Shown here in pieces: positions 38,010 to 50,300 of a stretch of DNA of 64,000 nt (its first letter is position 1; the number at the start of each line of letters is the position of its first letter). The position numbers and the translations under genes are program-made. The DNA is from Harriotta raleighana. Its lineage: Eukaryota. The stretch covers positions 1,150,815 to 1,214,814 of the forward strand of contig JBNZDD010013633.1 of the NCBI GenBank assembly GCA_050575255.1, written 5' to 3'. The notes beneath the pieces are model-generated. The model was not told the DNA's origin and ran no database searches. It saw only the letters and a program-made list of their open reading frames with translations.

Positions 38010-40494
38010 ACATGGAATCTGAAATTAGTGCTATCTTATAGATACAAATGATGTGAAGATCTAAGGCCTTGAATTACTTAGTGTTTTAAAGTGCAGAATT
38101 TTGGAAACATTTTGAAGTCGGAATGTCGGTTTTCCATCTAACTGAGGAAAATTCTTTTGAAATTAAGAATAAATTTAATATTTTTCCAAAATAATTAAAA
38201 AAGCATAAGATTGTTATCTTTTGGTTAAGACCATGAGACATGTGAAAATTCCTAGGTTTACTGATTATTCCCCTATCTCACCTATATCCACAAAAATTAT
38301 CCCTCTCCCCCACTCAAAAAAACACACAAACTCTAATCTTATCTGGTACTAGACAGGTATTTTAATGAGCTGAACACTGACGTCTAAACTACACAGAGCA
38401 GTTTAACAGAGGAAAGCAGCTGCTGCAGCGAGTGCTGGGAGAAAGCAGTAAAATAATAAACAAGATTAATTTGAGCAAACATTTGTTTAAAGTACTCAAA
38501 TGGAAGTAGGCACAGATCAATTTGAGCCATTAATATTGTAAATCTTTCAGCTTTATAAATCAAGAGTGCAAAATTATGTGTCCTTTGTGGAATGTACTGG
38601 TGATTCCTAAATATGTACATCTTTTTAAAGTTTAGCCATTTCTGAAAATGAATGGAATTAGCACAATTCCCTTCTATCTAAGTCTCTCAATAGCTGCCAA
38701 ATACAGTTTGAAGTTGCAATTAATTTATATTTCTGCAAACAGCACCAACAATGTAACTTATTGATTCTGGCACTGGTGCAACATTCACAATTCAACCTAT
38801 TTTGCTGATACTTTGGCACCAAGGTTGAAGGGATGAGTTGGATTTTAATGTTGGGTATGAGGATAAGACGATAGATCCCTGAAAGAAGTTCCAGAAAGTG
38901 TGAGCAAGTGTGAGCAGTTTTGTTTTTGGAAATTCTAAGTTTTTCTGAACAAAAGTAAACTTTTATTTAGCTATTTAACTGCATGAGGTTGATGTTGCCT
39001 GCTCATAATCACTGTCCAGTGATCTCAATTGGAAAATGTTTGTCGGCAGTGGGTGAGGATAGGATCGGTCTTGGCATCGTGAAAGTCAGCTTAAAGTGAA
39101 TAGATTTATTACAGAAATTTGAACTAATGGCTGCTTTTCTCAGCTTTAAGCACAATTTTAAATAGCGTATTGATACAGTACATTGGTGCGGGATTACTAG
39201 GAAGAAAAATCATTCCCACCACTCCCAATCACAGCTTGCCATCAAAACAAAGAATGTTTGGTGAAAATAAGAGAGTGATTCATCCGAGTCTAGTCTTGCT
39301 AACAGCCACTGTGGGAAGGTCCTGCAAAACCTATGAACTCCTTATTAAGATACAACATGAGTGGAGTAAGATTCCACCTATATTTATTCTATTTATGTAT
39401 GTGGCATTTTAGATTTCCCAGAATTTGGTAAATTGTTGAATTTAGTCTTCACTTTGAAGTCAGCATTCTGAAAATAGAAAACCTGCTTTAAAGTTAGTGC
39501 TGTATTTAAGAATTTCTATGCTCTGAAAATGTGGGTAAGACTTAAACTACAATTTATATTTGCATAGTATTTTCAGGTGGACATTTCAAAATATTTCACA
39601 CAACTGACAGGTAGCCCAAACTAGGGGTTAAAAGGTAGCTCTTGATAGAGTAAATGTGGGTTTCGCCCCCAAAATGCACAGTCAATCCACTTTACAATAT
39701 ATCTTGTGAAGTGTACTGAGGATCTATGATGACATGATAAGGCACTATATCAAATGCAAGTATTATTAATATTTAAATCTAGACTCAAGTAAAATTTCTC
39801 CCCTGAGGAGACTAAATGGGGGAGAAAGATAAAATAAAAATGTATAAGTTCAATTTAGCCAAAACATTTAATATAATTTTGTTATGAAATATGTGTGCTG
39901 TATTTGTTCACAAAGTACTGTGGGTTATTTATGGATAAAAGCATTTTTTGTCAATATTATCCTCATGTGAACATCATGAGCTTCCTTAACACAAGAAATG
40001 GCTTGCATTCAGCTCTAATGATATTAACAAATGAATTTTAATGCAGGCATAAGATTTAAGAGTTGAAAGTACTGTAATTTAAACACGACCAGGGGATAGA
40101 GCATTTGGTGCAATTTTCACAGAATAACTAGAGAGAAATGGATGATGAAGATCCTTTGGCCTGTTTAATTTCATCCTTCAAAAGTACCGACCCTAGTATA
40201 TTCCCATTAGTGTTTCTTAAATGAATCCAGTCCTTACTTTAACCACATTTTCTGCTAACTTGTTCCAGCTGTTGCTGTCCTCTTCACTGCTTCCAGGGCA
40301 TGGATGCCCCCCATATACTGTAGCAACCTTAAATGAACGCAATACTTCAAGTGCAAAATGACCAAGGGACCTGTATCATTTGAGTATGAACCTGTGGAGC
40401 TACATCTGTGAGATCTTGGCTTTCTCATCATGTTCCATAGACCCCTCGTTCTAGTATCTATGTATCATTACTAATTTAATACATTTCATTGAAA

Positions 40495-40850
40495 TTGTGA
40501 GAAGACCTGATAGAAGTTATGAAGGGTATGAAAAGTTTCACCAAGTTAAAAAGGCAGAAATTATTTTCATCAGTTGGACAGTCAGTAACTGGAAAGAATA
40601 AATTTAAGATCATTGGTAAAAATGTAAAGAGGCGAGATTTTTTTTAAAAAAAGAACAGGGTTATTAGGACTCGTGGAAATGGAGTCCATATCATTATTCA
40701 CAATAAATTTAAAAAGGAATGAGACAAATATTTGCATATGTATATCTGTATACTTTTTATATAAAGTTTGCAAAAAGGGCAGGGATTAAATGAATAAATT
40801 CTAGCAAAACATAATGGGTTGAATAACTTCCTTATGTGCTATAAAATATA
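40495..40850 (+). mobile_element. Decayed CR1 3' fragment
   Basis: gaagacctgatagaagttatgaag (DLIEV motif), tttaagatcattggtaaa, ataatgggttgaataacttccttatgtgct. Confidence 0.55.
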
Positions 40851-41087
40851 GTCATCATTAAATGTTCCCTATGACTCATACCTCAGGTACTTTAGTCTTG
40901 GATACTGCCTAAAACGACCTCTTCGGTCAATTACTAATCCAAGTCTACATCTTACTCTTGAGTGACAGCAGTTTGCAAAGTTGTCTCTTTTGGCACTTCA
41001 TCAAAAAGGATGTTGATGATACTTTAAATTAAGGATTGTGGAGATAGTAACAAGTCTAATAGACTATCATGAGTGGGAAAGGAGTAG

Positions 41088-42395
41088 AACAACAACAAAA
41101 TGACACTTGTATAGCGCCTTTCATGTCAGGGGGACATCCCAAAGCGCTGAACAGTCAGGTCGGGGAGGGGGGAGAGGGAGAGTGGGAGTGAGGGAAGAGT
41201 TAGAGGAGGAGCCAAAGGCATGGTCGAAGAGGAAGGTCTTGAGACCAGCCTTGAAGAAGGAAAGGGAGGAAGCAAGGCGGAGGGACTGCGGAGTGGAGTT
41301 CCAAAGTGTGGGGGCAGAGAGGCTGAAAGCCCGGCCACCGATGGTTGGGTGGTTAGGGCAGTAGATGCGGAGCAGGCCTGAGTCTGCTGAATGGAGGGTG
41401 TGGGCAGGACGATAGGGAGACAGCAGATCAGAGAGATAGGCAGGAGCCAGTGGAGACTGGCAAGGGTAGGAGTGATGTGGTCACGGAGCCTGGTGGGAGA
41501 GGACAAGAGCTGCAGAATTCTGAATGATCTGCAGGCTGTGAAGGGAGGAGTTGGGAAAGCCGACGAGGAGAGAATTCCCATAGCCAAGCCTGGAAATGAT
41601 AAAGGCGTCAATGAGGGTTTTGGCGGCAATGGGGGGTGAGGTAGTGGCGGAGTCTGGCAATATTGGAGAGGAGGTGGAAGACTGTGCCAGTCATGGACCA
41701 GATGTAGGGGAAGAAGGGGTCGAACAAGACGCCCAGATTCCTGATTGGCTTCGAGAGGTGGAGTGAACAGCCTTGCACGCTGATGTTGATGTTGTCAGTG
41801 CCTGAAGTGCGGAGGTGCTGGCATGAGCCAATCAGGAAGGCTTCCGTCTTGTTGACGTTGAGCTATAGGAAGTTTGCCCTCGTCCAGGACTCGATGTCGG
41901 ACAGACATGCAGTCAGAACGCCAGTAGTCCTGCAGTCGATGGTGGACATGGAGAGGTAGAATTGGGTGTCATCTGCATACGTATGCAATTTACCCCATGT
42001 CTGCGGATTATGTCGCCCAGGGGGAGAGAGCAGGGGGCCAAGGACAGAACCCTGGGGAATGCTGCGTGTGACTCTGCGGGGGCTGGAGGAAAAACTGTTT
42101 GAGGAGATAAAGTGAAGGCGGTGGGAGAGGTACGAGAACAGAGCCTTGGAGGTTGAGGAGGGAGGAGAGGCGGTGAAGGAGGATTGTGTGATCCACGGCA
42201 TCGAAAGCAGCAGATAGGTCAAGAAGGACCCGGAAGCAGAGGGAACCCTGGTCGCAGATGGTCAGGATGTCATTTGTGACCTTGACTAGGGCAGTTTCCG
42301 TGCTATGGGAGGCGCAGAAACCCAATTGGATGGGTTCGAGGAGTGAATTTTTTGTGAGGAAAGAGCGGAGCTGGGAGGCAACCACTCTTTTGAGT
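41088..42395 (-). mobile_element. L2-clade LINE, about 1.3 kb, 5'-truncated, frameshifted reverse transcriptase
   Basis: Minus ORFs carry HSTETALVKVTNDIL, VLLDLSAAFDAVDHTILLHRL, IPQGSVLGPLL, YADDTQFY, HITPTLASLHWL; tail tgaaaggcgctatacaagtgtcatt + (GTT)n. Confidence 0.92.
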
Positions 42396-42426
42396 GGCAA
42401 CCACTCTTTAGAAGAACAGTGTAGGG

Positions 42427-42695
42427 CAGTGGTTCCCAAACTTTTTTGGCTAGGACCCTAAATTGGCCACCAACAGGTCCTCCCGACTGAAGCTCAGCCA
42501 AGACGATATTTCCTTCTCTTTTGTGGACTCAGCACAACTCACTAGTACATTCTTTCATACAAATTGGTTGGCGGTGTTGCCTCAGGCACTTTTCAGCATT
42601 AAAAAAGAAAAAAAAATTGCTGATGACTCTTCGCGACCCTATTGAGGACCTCCGCTGCCCTGATTTGGGTCGGAACCCAAGGTTGGGAACCACTG
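42427..42695. mobile_element. hAT (Charlie-like) MITE, 269 bp
   Basis: TIRs CAGTGGTTCCCAA / TTGGGAACCACTG; imperfect 8-bp TSD gtgtaggg / gaataggg. Confidence 0.85.
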
Positions 42696-42917
42696 GAATA
42701 GGGTATCTCCTCCCATATACCTCCTCCCATATTATTACAAGAGAAAAAGGGAGCTGATTATTTAGAGCTGCAATATCAGCAATCAAATTGACCTCTCTCC
42801 AACCAGTCCAGCAATTTTAGCAACCCCCCCATTAAACCTCCAGAGGTTGGCCTCTCTCAACCCAAACATAAAGGAATACAATTGTGGACTTGGCAATAGA
42901 CCATCAGAATTCAGATA

Positions 42918-43225
42918 TTAATAATAATCCTTGGATTTGATATAATGCTTTTTCACATCTTCTAGACGTCTCAAAATGTTTCACAGAATATACTGTAAAG
43001 TGAATTGACTATATTTGTGGGCAAAACGCAGTTACCAATTACGCATAGCAGTATCCCACAAACAGCCATAGATTGAAACGACCAATTTATTATTGTTTTT
43101 TTCCGACGGATTATTAGCAGTTGTGTGGAGTAAGGAAACTTGCCCAAGGTTAAGCCCTGCCTGGAATCAAACTTAAGTGTCTCTCTTGCAAGGCAAATAC
43201 TCTAACCACTGAGCTTTAGGACTCC
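42918..43225 (-). mobile_element. Full-length SINE-A
   Basis: (AAT)n tail, gtgtggagtaaggaaacttgcccaagg, ctctaaccactgagctttaggactcc head. Confidence 0.85.
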
Positions 43226-45294
43226 AAGATAAAGACTCCATGATATCCTGTTAAGAGCAGTGACTGTGTGTTTTGTAGGCAAGTGTGGCAGCCAATTTGT
43301 ACTCAGCAGTGGCTCACAAATAACACATGATCCCATCAATAAAACATAGTGATTTGCATTCAACTGGCTACTGTGTAGAACAAATTGGCCAACTGCTTTC
43401 ATGTTCCATTCAGGTCAATGCCCTCACATTGTGATGAATAAACCTTATTTGACTTTATTTTGCTGTGGCTTTGCTATTCATATTATTCTGTTTCAATCTC
43501 AGCTGATTTGAGGTCATTGTGGTTTTTTTTCTTGGTTCACTTCATCGATTTTCTTCCATTTATTCGCTGGGTTTTTCAGCTTCCACACAGTTATCCTGTT
43601 TGGTTTTCTGTGGTTTTCAGTCGAGCAGTTTTTTCCCCCTCTTTAATAGCAGACAATGTAATTGCGAGTTGGCTGTTGTTCTGAGCACATGGCAGGTGAT
43701 GCAGATTCATACAATCTTAGCCTCCACCCACCTGATGTCTGTTCAGCCTGTTAACCACAGTGCCACTGGAAATCGACTAGAAAAAGCAGAAGGAAATGAT
43801 TGGCAGTATTCTTTGTTAGAGAGGGACAAATCTAATGTTAATTTAACCCACTGACAACACACAACAACAACTTGCATTTGTATGGTGCCCGTAAGGCAGA
43901 GTCACAGAGCGTTAAATAGTATCGGAAGCTGACACTGAACCAAGGGAGGGAGCTGGTGACTGAAAACATTTCAGTCGTGATCTAAAAGAGGAGAAAGAGA
44001 AGGCAAGGAAGAAGGATAGGGCGAGTAATTTCCAAAGCATCTTGCACGCAAGCACCTGAATGATGCACTTCGATGTGATGAAAGTCCTCTCGTCTATTAA
44101 GTGTTGTAAACAAAACAATGTATGCTTGTGACGCACATTTTCAGAAGACAATACTCTCCTNATTTTCAGAAGACAGTACTCTCCTTAATTTGTTGCAATT
44201 AAATTTTGCCAAATGTTAAGGTTTGTTGTCCTTGGAATCAGAAGACAAATAAAAACTAATATTTATGATAGTGCCTTTAATCACCCATGCTATAACTGAT
44301 ATTTATTAAATAAAATCTAGCCTCTTTTTACTGTGCAAGAAATGTGCAAGGTAACACAAACAATTGCAGTCTTAAATCAGGATTTATGCATTTATAGGTT
44401 ATGCCAGGATCAGANTTAATTTGTTGCAATTAAATTTTGCCAAATGTTAAGGTTTGTTGTCCTTGAATCAGAAGACAAATAAAAACTAATATTTATGATA
44501 GTGCCTTTAATCACCCATGCTATAACTGATATTTATTAAATAAAATCTAGCTTCTTTTTACTGTGCAAGAAATGACTATAATCCATATGTTGAACAAGGT
44601 AACACAAACAATTGCAGTCTTAAATCGGGATTTATGCATTTATAGGTTATGCCAGGATCAGAAATTGTAAATAATGTGGATGATTCGCTACATTGGAATT
44701 GCATGCTTGAATCAGAGTTACACAAGCAGTCCTTATATAGGAGCTATGGTTTTTGTTGGAATGTTGACGCAGTTCTCTTAGTTATAATAAATAATCCTTG
44801 CAATTTATATACATTCATCTCATTGCTGTTTATGCATTGGTGCTGACACAGATTGTTGCCGTGGTTGATTACATAATAACCATCAATGTGCTTGAAAATA
44901 ATACATTTGGGTCTCTCGTACGAGTTGTGTAAACCCATGTATATTATGTGAGTTATGTAAACACATGTGTACAGAGAGAATTATAGGCACCCTTACTGAA
45001 ATAATTAACAACCAACAAACAGAATTACAGTTTGAAATATTGACCAGCAAGGGAGCAAATCTAATTATAATATTCAAATTTAGTTGCACATTTTAGTGCA
45101 GCGCATTGAATAGAAGGGAAGTTTTATCAACGCGTAAAAAATACAAGGTATCCTGGACTTCGGGAAGTTTTTTGCACTTTGATCAGGTTTCAGGGCAGCC
45201 TCTGATACAACATGATGCTCAGGCTGCATTGTGAATAATTAATGATTTCTCAGTGAATGTGATCATTGGTTGCACATCACAAGATCAGTTTGGA

Positions 45295-45540
45295 TGAAGA
45301 AGATCTGTTCTTCAGCCCATATGACCTCATGTGTCCAGAATACTCAAGCCCCCTGTCCTCCCTTCACAGCATGATGCAGATTTTTTAATAAGTTCAGTGT
45401 CCTGTCCTTAACCACACTCCTGGCAACTTATTCCAATCATTAATTACCCTCTGGGTAAAGAAAAGCTTTCTGATACCTGTCTTGAAATTGCCTTTTGCAA
45501 TTCTAAATCTGTGCTCTCTTGTTCTACCATCTGGGTGCAT
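45295..45540 (-). mobile_element. Decayed CR1 3' fragment
   Basis: cctggcaacttattccaatcattaattaccctctgggtaaagaaaagc = reverse complement of FFTQRVINDWNKLP. Confidence 0.65.
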
Positions 45541-46749
45541 CCTTTCATACAAAGACTTTCACAGAAATCTTTCAGTTCTAAACCCAAATCTAAATCTTAA
45601 AATGGAATACCACAGAGGAAAATTTAACGGATACTGACTTCATTGTTTTATAAATATAAATTCATTTCACAGCATTCCATTAGCAAATGACCTTTTACTG
45701 TACAATGAGATCAAAGCAGTTGTTGGCCCAAATAACAGACATCCATGACTCCCCCACAGACCATTGACTAACTTGTACTGCATTGCGGTGATAACTTGGC
45801 TGTGTTTCTGAGCTGTGTCCTTGATGTTTTCTTAGTTATTTAAACATTACAACCCAATCTTTTTTAATCGGACCATTGTGCATACGTCAGAATAAAATAT
45901 TCAGAGAAACATTATCTTAAGTACCTCAGTTACAGACCTAGCAATTTACTCTCACTGATATTTTTGAGATTGTATGTAGTGGCGATCCTCTAATGTGTAT
46001 TGGAGGCTTTAGAAAAGCATCAAGTTGGGATTTGTGGTTTGCAAGCCAGCCTTAATACTCTATGTGCTTTGAGTTGACCTTCCAATGTGAAAGGTATATT
46101 GTATTGTAAACTAATGTATTTCAATAAGATAAACAGAGCAGAATCTACAAAGCTGCAAAGTCAACAAATGCAAAGCTACATTATATAAGGTATTTCTAAA
46201 AGTCACATTCCTATCAAATGCCCTATGTCCAAGTGAACTCTATGTGAGCCTCTTTCTCACTGTATGATAAAACTGTACTCCCACTGTATTCCCACATTCT
46301 TTAGAGTAACCTTTAGCTGAGCTCCTTGGAAGCCCCACTCATTTAGAGACACAGTAATCCCTAAGGACCATTTAAATTTAGGATGTATAGAACATTGAAA
46401 TCAGATGTTGTGCATCCTCCACCATAGCCTTTTCCCCTGTGTTTAATAGAAGAAGCATGGAGAATATCACAACGACTTTAAGGAAATTCAGTTATGGATA
46501 GTAAACATTTATCCCGAGAGTGAAGCTGACCATATGTTTCATCTGTGTAATATCACATTTCTCACAAGTGGGATAAAAATAGTATCCACAATTATTCAAT
46601 GAGAATTTTATTTATCCTATCAGCTAATTAAAAAAAATTGATTTGAATTGTTCATTTATATATCATGTGTTTTGTATCAGCAAATGGAAGCAGGTTTTAA
46701 TTCTGTATCACTTCATCAGTTTTAATTTTTCTTCAGAGTGTCTGAGCAA

Positions 46750-46918
46750 AATAATAATAATTACAATAATCCTTTCATTTGATATAGTGCTTTTCATGTC
46801 TTCTAAACATCTCAAAGTGCTTCACAGAATATATTATAAAGTGAATTCACCATATCAGAGAAACTCGGCAACCATTTGTGCTTAGCAGTATCCCACAAAC
46901 AGTCATGGGTTGAAACTT
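46750..46918 (-). mobile_element. SINE-A 3' half
   Basis: aataatcctttcatttgatatagtgcttttca...cccacaaacagtcatgggttgaaa. Confidence 0.75.
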
Positions 46919-47904
46919 GCAAAATAATTCTACAAGTTTCAAAGTTAGCCACATGTTCTACTGTTAAATACAAGGTTACTGAAATCATTGAGCTTTGTGG
47001 AGGAGAACATTTGAAAACTATACAACCAGTCAGTGAAAAGCCAACTCTATATTTTGTGTGATCTGGGATCAATATTTACATTCTGCATCTCAGTGTAGAA
47101 TTCAGGAGCCACTTTTCAGTGTCATCCCCACTATTAGCAATACTGCCTAATTATTAAGATGCCATTGCAGACCCTTAGAGATGGTTGCCTTGACATTAAG
47201 TTTGCCCCATTTGAGGTAAGTCCTCCCTTCTCTCTATAGCTACCTGCAAAAGAGCATACTGAGAGCCCATGCTTAACCTAACATTACAGAGGCTTTCCAT
47301 CCAATATTCCTCACTCTATAACCGCAATTAATTCTGATTCAAGTGAGTGACAATAATCATAAAAGGCACTGCATTCATCACAAAAGAGGCCAGATGCCTA
47401 GTGACACTTTCACAATTGTTACCCATCATCCATAGGTGGTTTTGTGCCCCTTAGATTGAATAATTTCTATGGATATTAGTATTTGTTTGAATTCTACCAC
47501 TTGCAATATCTGTATGTCTGAAGAAAACGTGAGACTGGTTTTCAATAATTCTTTGTTCAATTTTCTAAGCAGTCCTCAGCTGGAGCTTCACTTTTGTTTG
47601 CTATTCCAAAATCAGTTTATTAAACTATGCAGCATTCCAGGCTTTAGTAACACAAATTATTGTACTTAAATCTCCAATTAAGAGGTCTCGAAATGGCAGC
47701 CAAAGGGCTCAGCAGCTGCAAGTCGACATAGTCCAGCTGTGATTCTGCCAGTCAATATAGAGTGATTGGACGTCATAGGAGTTATATAACAGAACACTGC
47801 AGAACTAACCTCAGAAGCACATGTGTTTGAAATAACTGGTTGCAAATATCTGTTTATACAGAATGCTGCTGCATCGCACAGAAGATAGATGACAGGATCA
47901 TAGG

Positions 47905-48120
47905 AAAACAGAAACAAGAGGAGGCCATTGAACCAGTTCCACCAGTTTATTATTCCAGCATTTTATCTTGGTGGAAATTTTAATCTCAATACTCTGCTCC
48001 TTTGCCAGACCCCTTTATACATTTATCTTTCTATCTCTCTTTTAAACATCCCTATTGATTCAGCCTCAGCAGATTTCCTGAGCAGAGCATTTCACATATT
48101 CACAAAACTTTGTGTACCCA
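47905..48120 (-). mobile_element. Decayed CR1 3' end
   Basis: caagaggaggccattg...ctctcttttaaacatccctattgattcagcctca...gagcatttcacatattcac. Confidence 0.55.
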
Positions 48121-48544
48121 TCTGAATTACTAGTCAACCAAGTACTAGGTCCTCAACTCACTCATTCCATTCTCTGTGACTCTCTGTGCCATGGTAGACA
48201 GACAAGTTAAGTGGCTAACAGAATATACATAATATACATATATTGTACAAGCAGGAGTCAATGCAAATCATGGAATATGACTTGGTGCTTTTCATGGACC
48301 ATATATCGTCAAGATTAAACAACTAATCTTTGATCACTGAATCTTTTGTTTCCATAATTGCTACAGCTGGTATCTGGATTGTACAAGTAAAATGGGTTCT
48401 GTAGACAAACTTTTATCTTGCAGGTATTAGACTTGACTTTTAGTCATCTTTTTCCTTCCCACCGTCTTTGTGAAATGCTCTGAGACGTCTTCCTGACATG
48501 AAAGAGGCTTTTTAAGTGTAAATTGATTATACACTGAGCAAATC

Positions 48545-48740
48545 ATAATAATCCTTGTGTTTGATATACATCTTATTACATCTTCTGGATGTCTTAAAGT
48601 ACTTTAAAGTACTTCACAGAATATACTGTAAAGTGAATTGACTGTATGTTCTGTGGACGAAACTCCACAGCCAATTGTGCACAATTGTACACACCAGCAG
48701 TGTCCAATCAACCGACATGGATTAAGTTACCAAATATAGA
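48545..48740 (-). mobile_element. SINE-A 3' half
   Basis: cttcacagaatatactgtaaagtgaattgactgta...cagccaattgtgcaca. Confidence 0.75.
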
Positions 48741-49574
48741 CTTTTTCATGCATTTGCTCAAAAATTTAAAAATCTATACATTTTAATGAGCTATAAAGCA
48801 ATATGAAGGTCAGGCCTCAAGTTCACACAGAGTTCTGTGCAGAACTAAGTGGAATTCAGTGAGAGTCTTGATCATGTATGTTTCATAAAGTTTAATGAAT
48901 AGAGCCTTAGGGACTTCTCATGAGATGTTGCTTGATAACTTGTACTCAGTAATTCAAATCAGACCTAGTTACTAAAGTGCTGTATATTTAACTTGTCTAC
49001 TATCATCTCCAAAGAATTCAAGTGAACTTTGGTCTGAGGGAAAAGCATTGACGAGTGTTACTTGGCTCAGATGCTTTCAGTGTCTTGGAAATGAAACTTA
49101 GGTGCCTTAAATCAAACTCCAATCAGATGATTTGAAAAGAAGCAGCTGGGCAGCAATGGATTTGGGTAGGATGGATTTAAAGCACCATTGCACTTACAGT
49201 AATTAGATAATATTCACTTTATTTCTTAACACTGAGCATATTCACCAGGGCTAAAATGTAGCCCTGCGGGATTCTCATTTCTTCTAAACAAGACTAATGA
49301 GACCACCACAGAGGGTTGATTTGATTCTCTTGCCAAGAATGTCCTCCTGGAATTAATTCAGCTCCCAAGGATTCCCTACATACCCCCTTCCAAACCTTGA
49401 TCAACTCCAAATGATTCTCATGGTCTTATCTTAAGGTTTAAAAAAATTTAGGATCATGCAGAATTTTGGGGAAGAGTTTCAATTCAGTCCAAATTGAAAG
49501 CTGGTTTTCAGCAGTTCTTTTTGATGTCTTTGAAACATTTACACAACAGCTTTTCTCACTTAGAATTTAAGCAT

Positions 49575-50300
49575 CTTGTTTGACTCTGAACTATCCTTCC
49601 TTCCCAACATCCGCTCCATGACCGGCATAGCCTTCCATCTCCTCCACAACATCGCCAGACTCCGCCACTACCTCACCCCCCACACCGCCGAAACCCTAAT
49701 TCACGCCTTCGTCACTTCCAGGCTTGACTATGGGAACTCTCTCCTCGTCAGCCTTCCCAACTCCTCCCTTCACAGGCTGCAGATCATTCAGAATTCTGCA
49801 ACCCGTGTACTCTCCCGTATAGACTCCACGACCACATCACTCCCATCCTCGCCCGCCTCCACTGGCTCCCCATCCCCCAGAGGATCAACTTCAAGATCCT
49901 CATCCTCACCTTCAAGGCCATTCACGGCCTTGCCCCCGCCTATTTCTCTAACCTGCTGTCTCCCTTTCAGCAGACTCAGGCCTGCTGTGCGTCCACCACC
50001 CTAACCACCCAACCATCGGTGGCCGGGTTTTCAGCCTCTCTGCCCCCACACTTTGGAATTCCATCCCACAGTCCCTCCGCCTTGCTTCCTCCCTTTCCTC
50101 CTTCAAGGCCGGTCTCAAGACCTTCCTCTTCGACCGTGCCTTCGGTTCCCCCCCACCCTAACTCTTCCCACTCTCCTTCCTCTCCCCTACCCCCAATCAC
50201 CTCCATGCTTGGGTCCCGACCTGACTGTTCAGTGCTTTGGGACATCCTCCCGACGTGAAAGGCGTTATACAAGTGTAATTTTGTTGTTGTTGTTGTTGTT
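49575..50300 (+). mobile_element. L2 3' portion, similar subfamily to 41088-42395
   Basis: ORF FDSELSFLPNI...HNIARLRHYLTPHTAETLIHAFVTSRLDYGNSLL...LHRLQIIQNSA; tail gtgaaaggcgttatacaagtgtaatt + (TTG)n. Confidence 0.92.

Noticed and set aside
41107-42501. ORF cluster with RT motifs as an active retroelement or retron-like system
   Set aside because: RT motifs are split across frames, the element is 5'-truncated with no endonuclease domain, and it is ordinary L2 debris.
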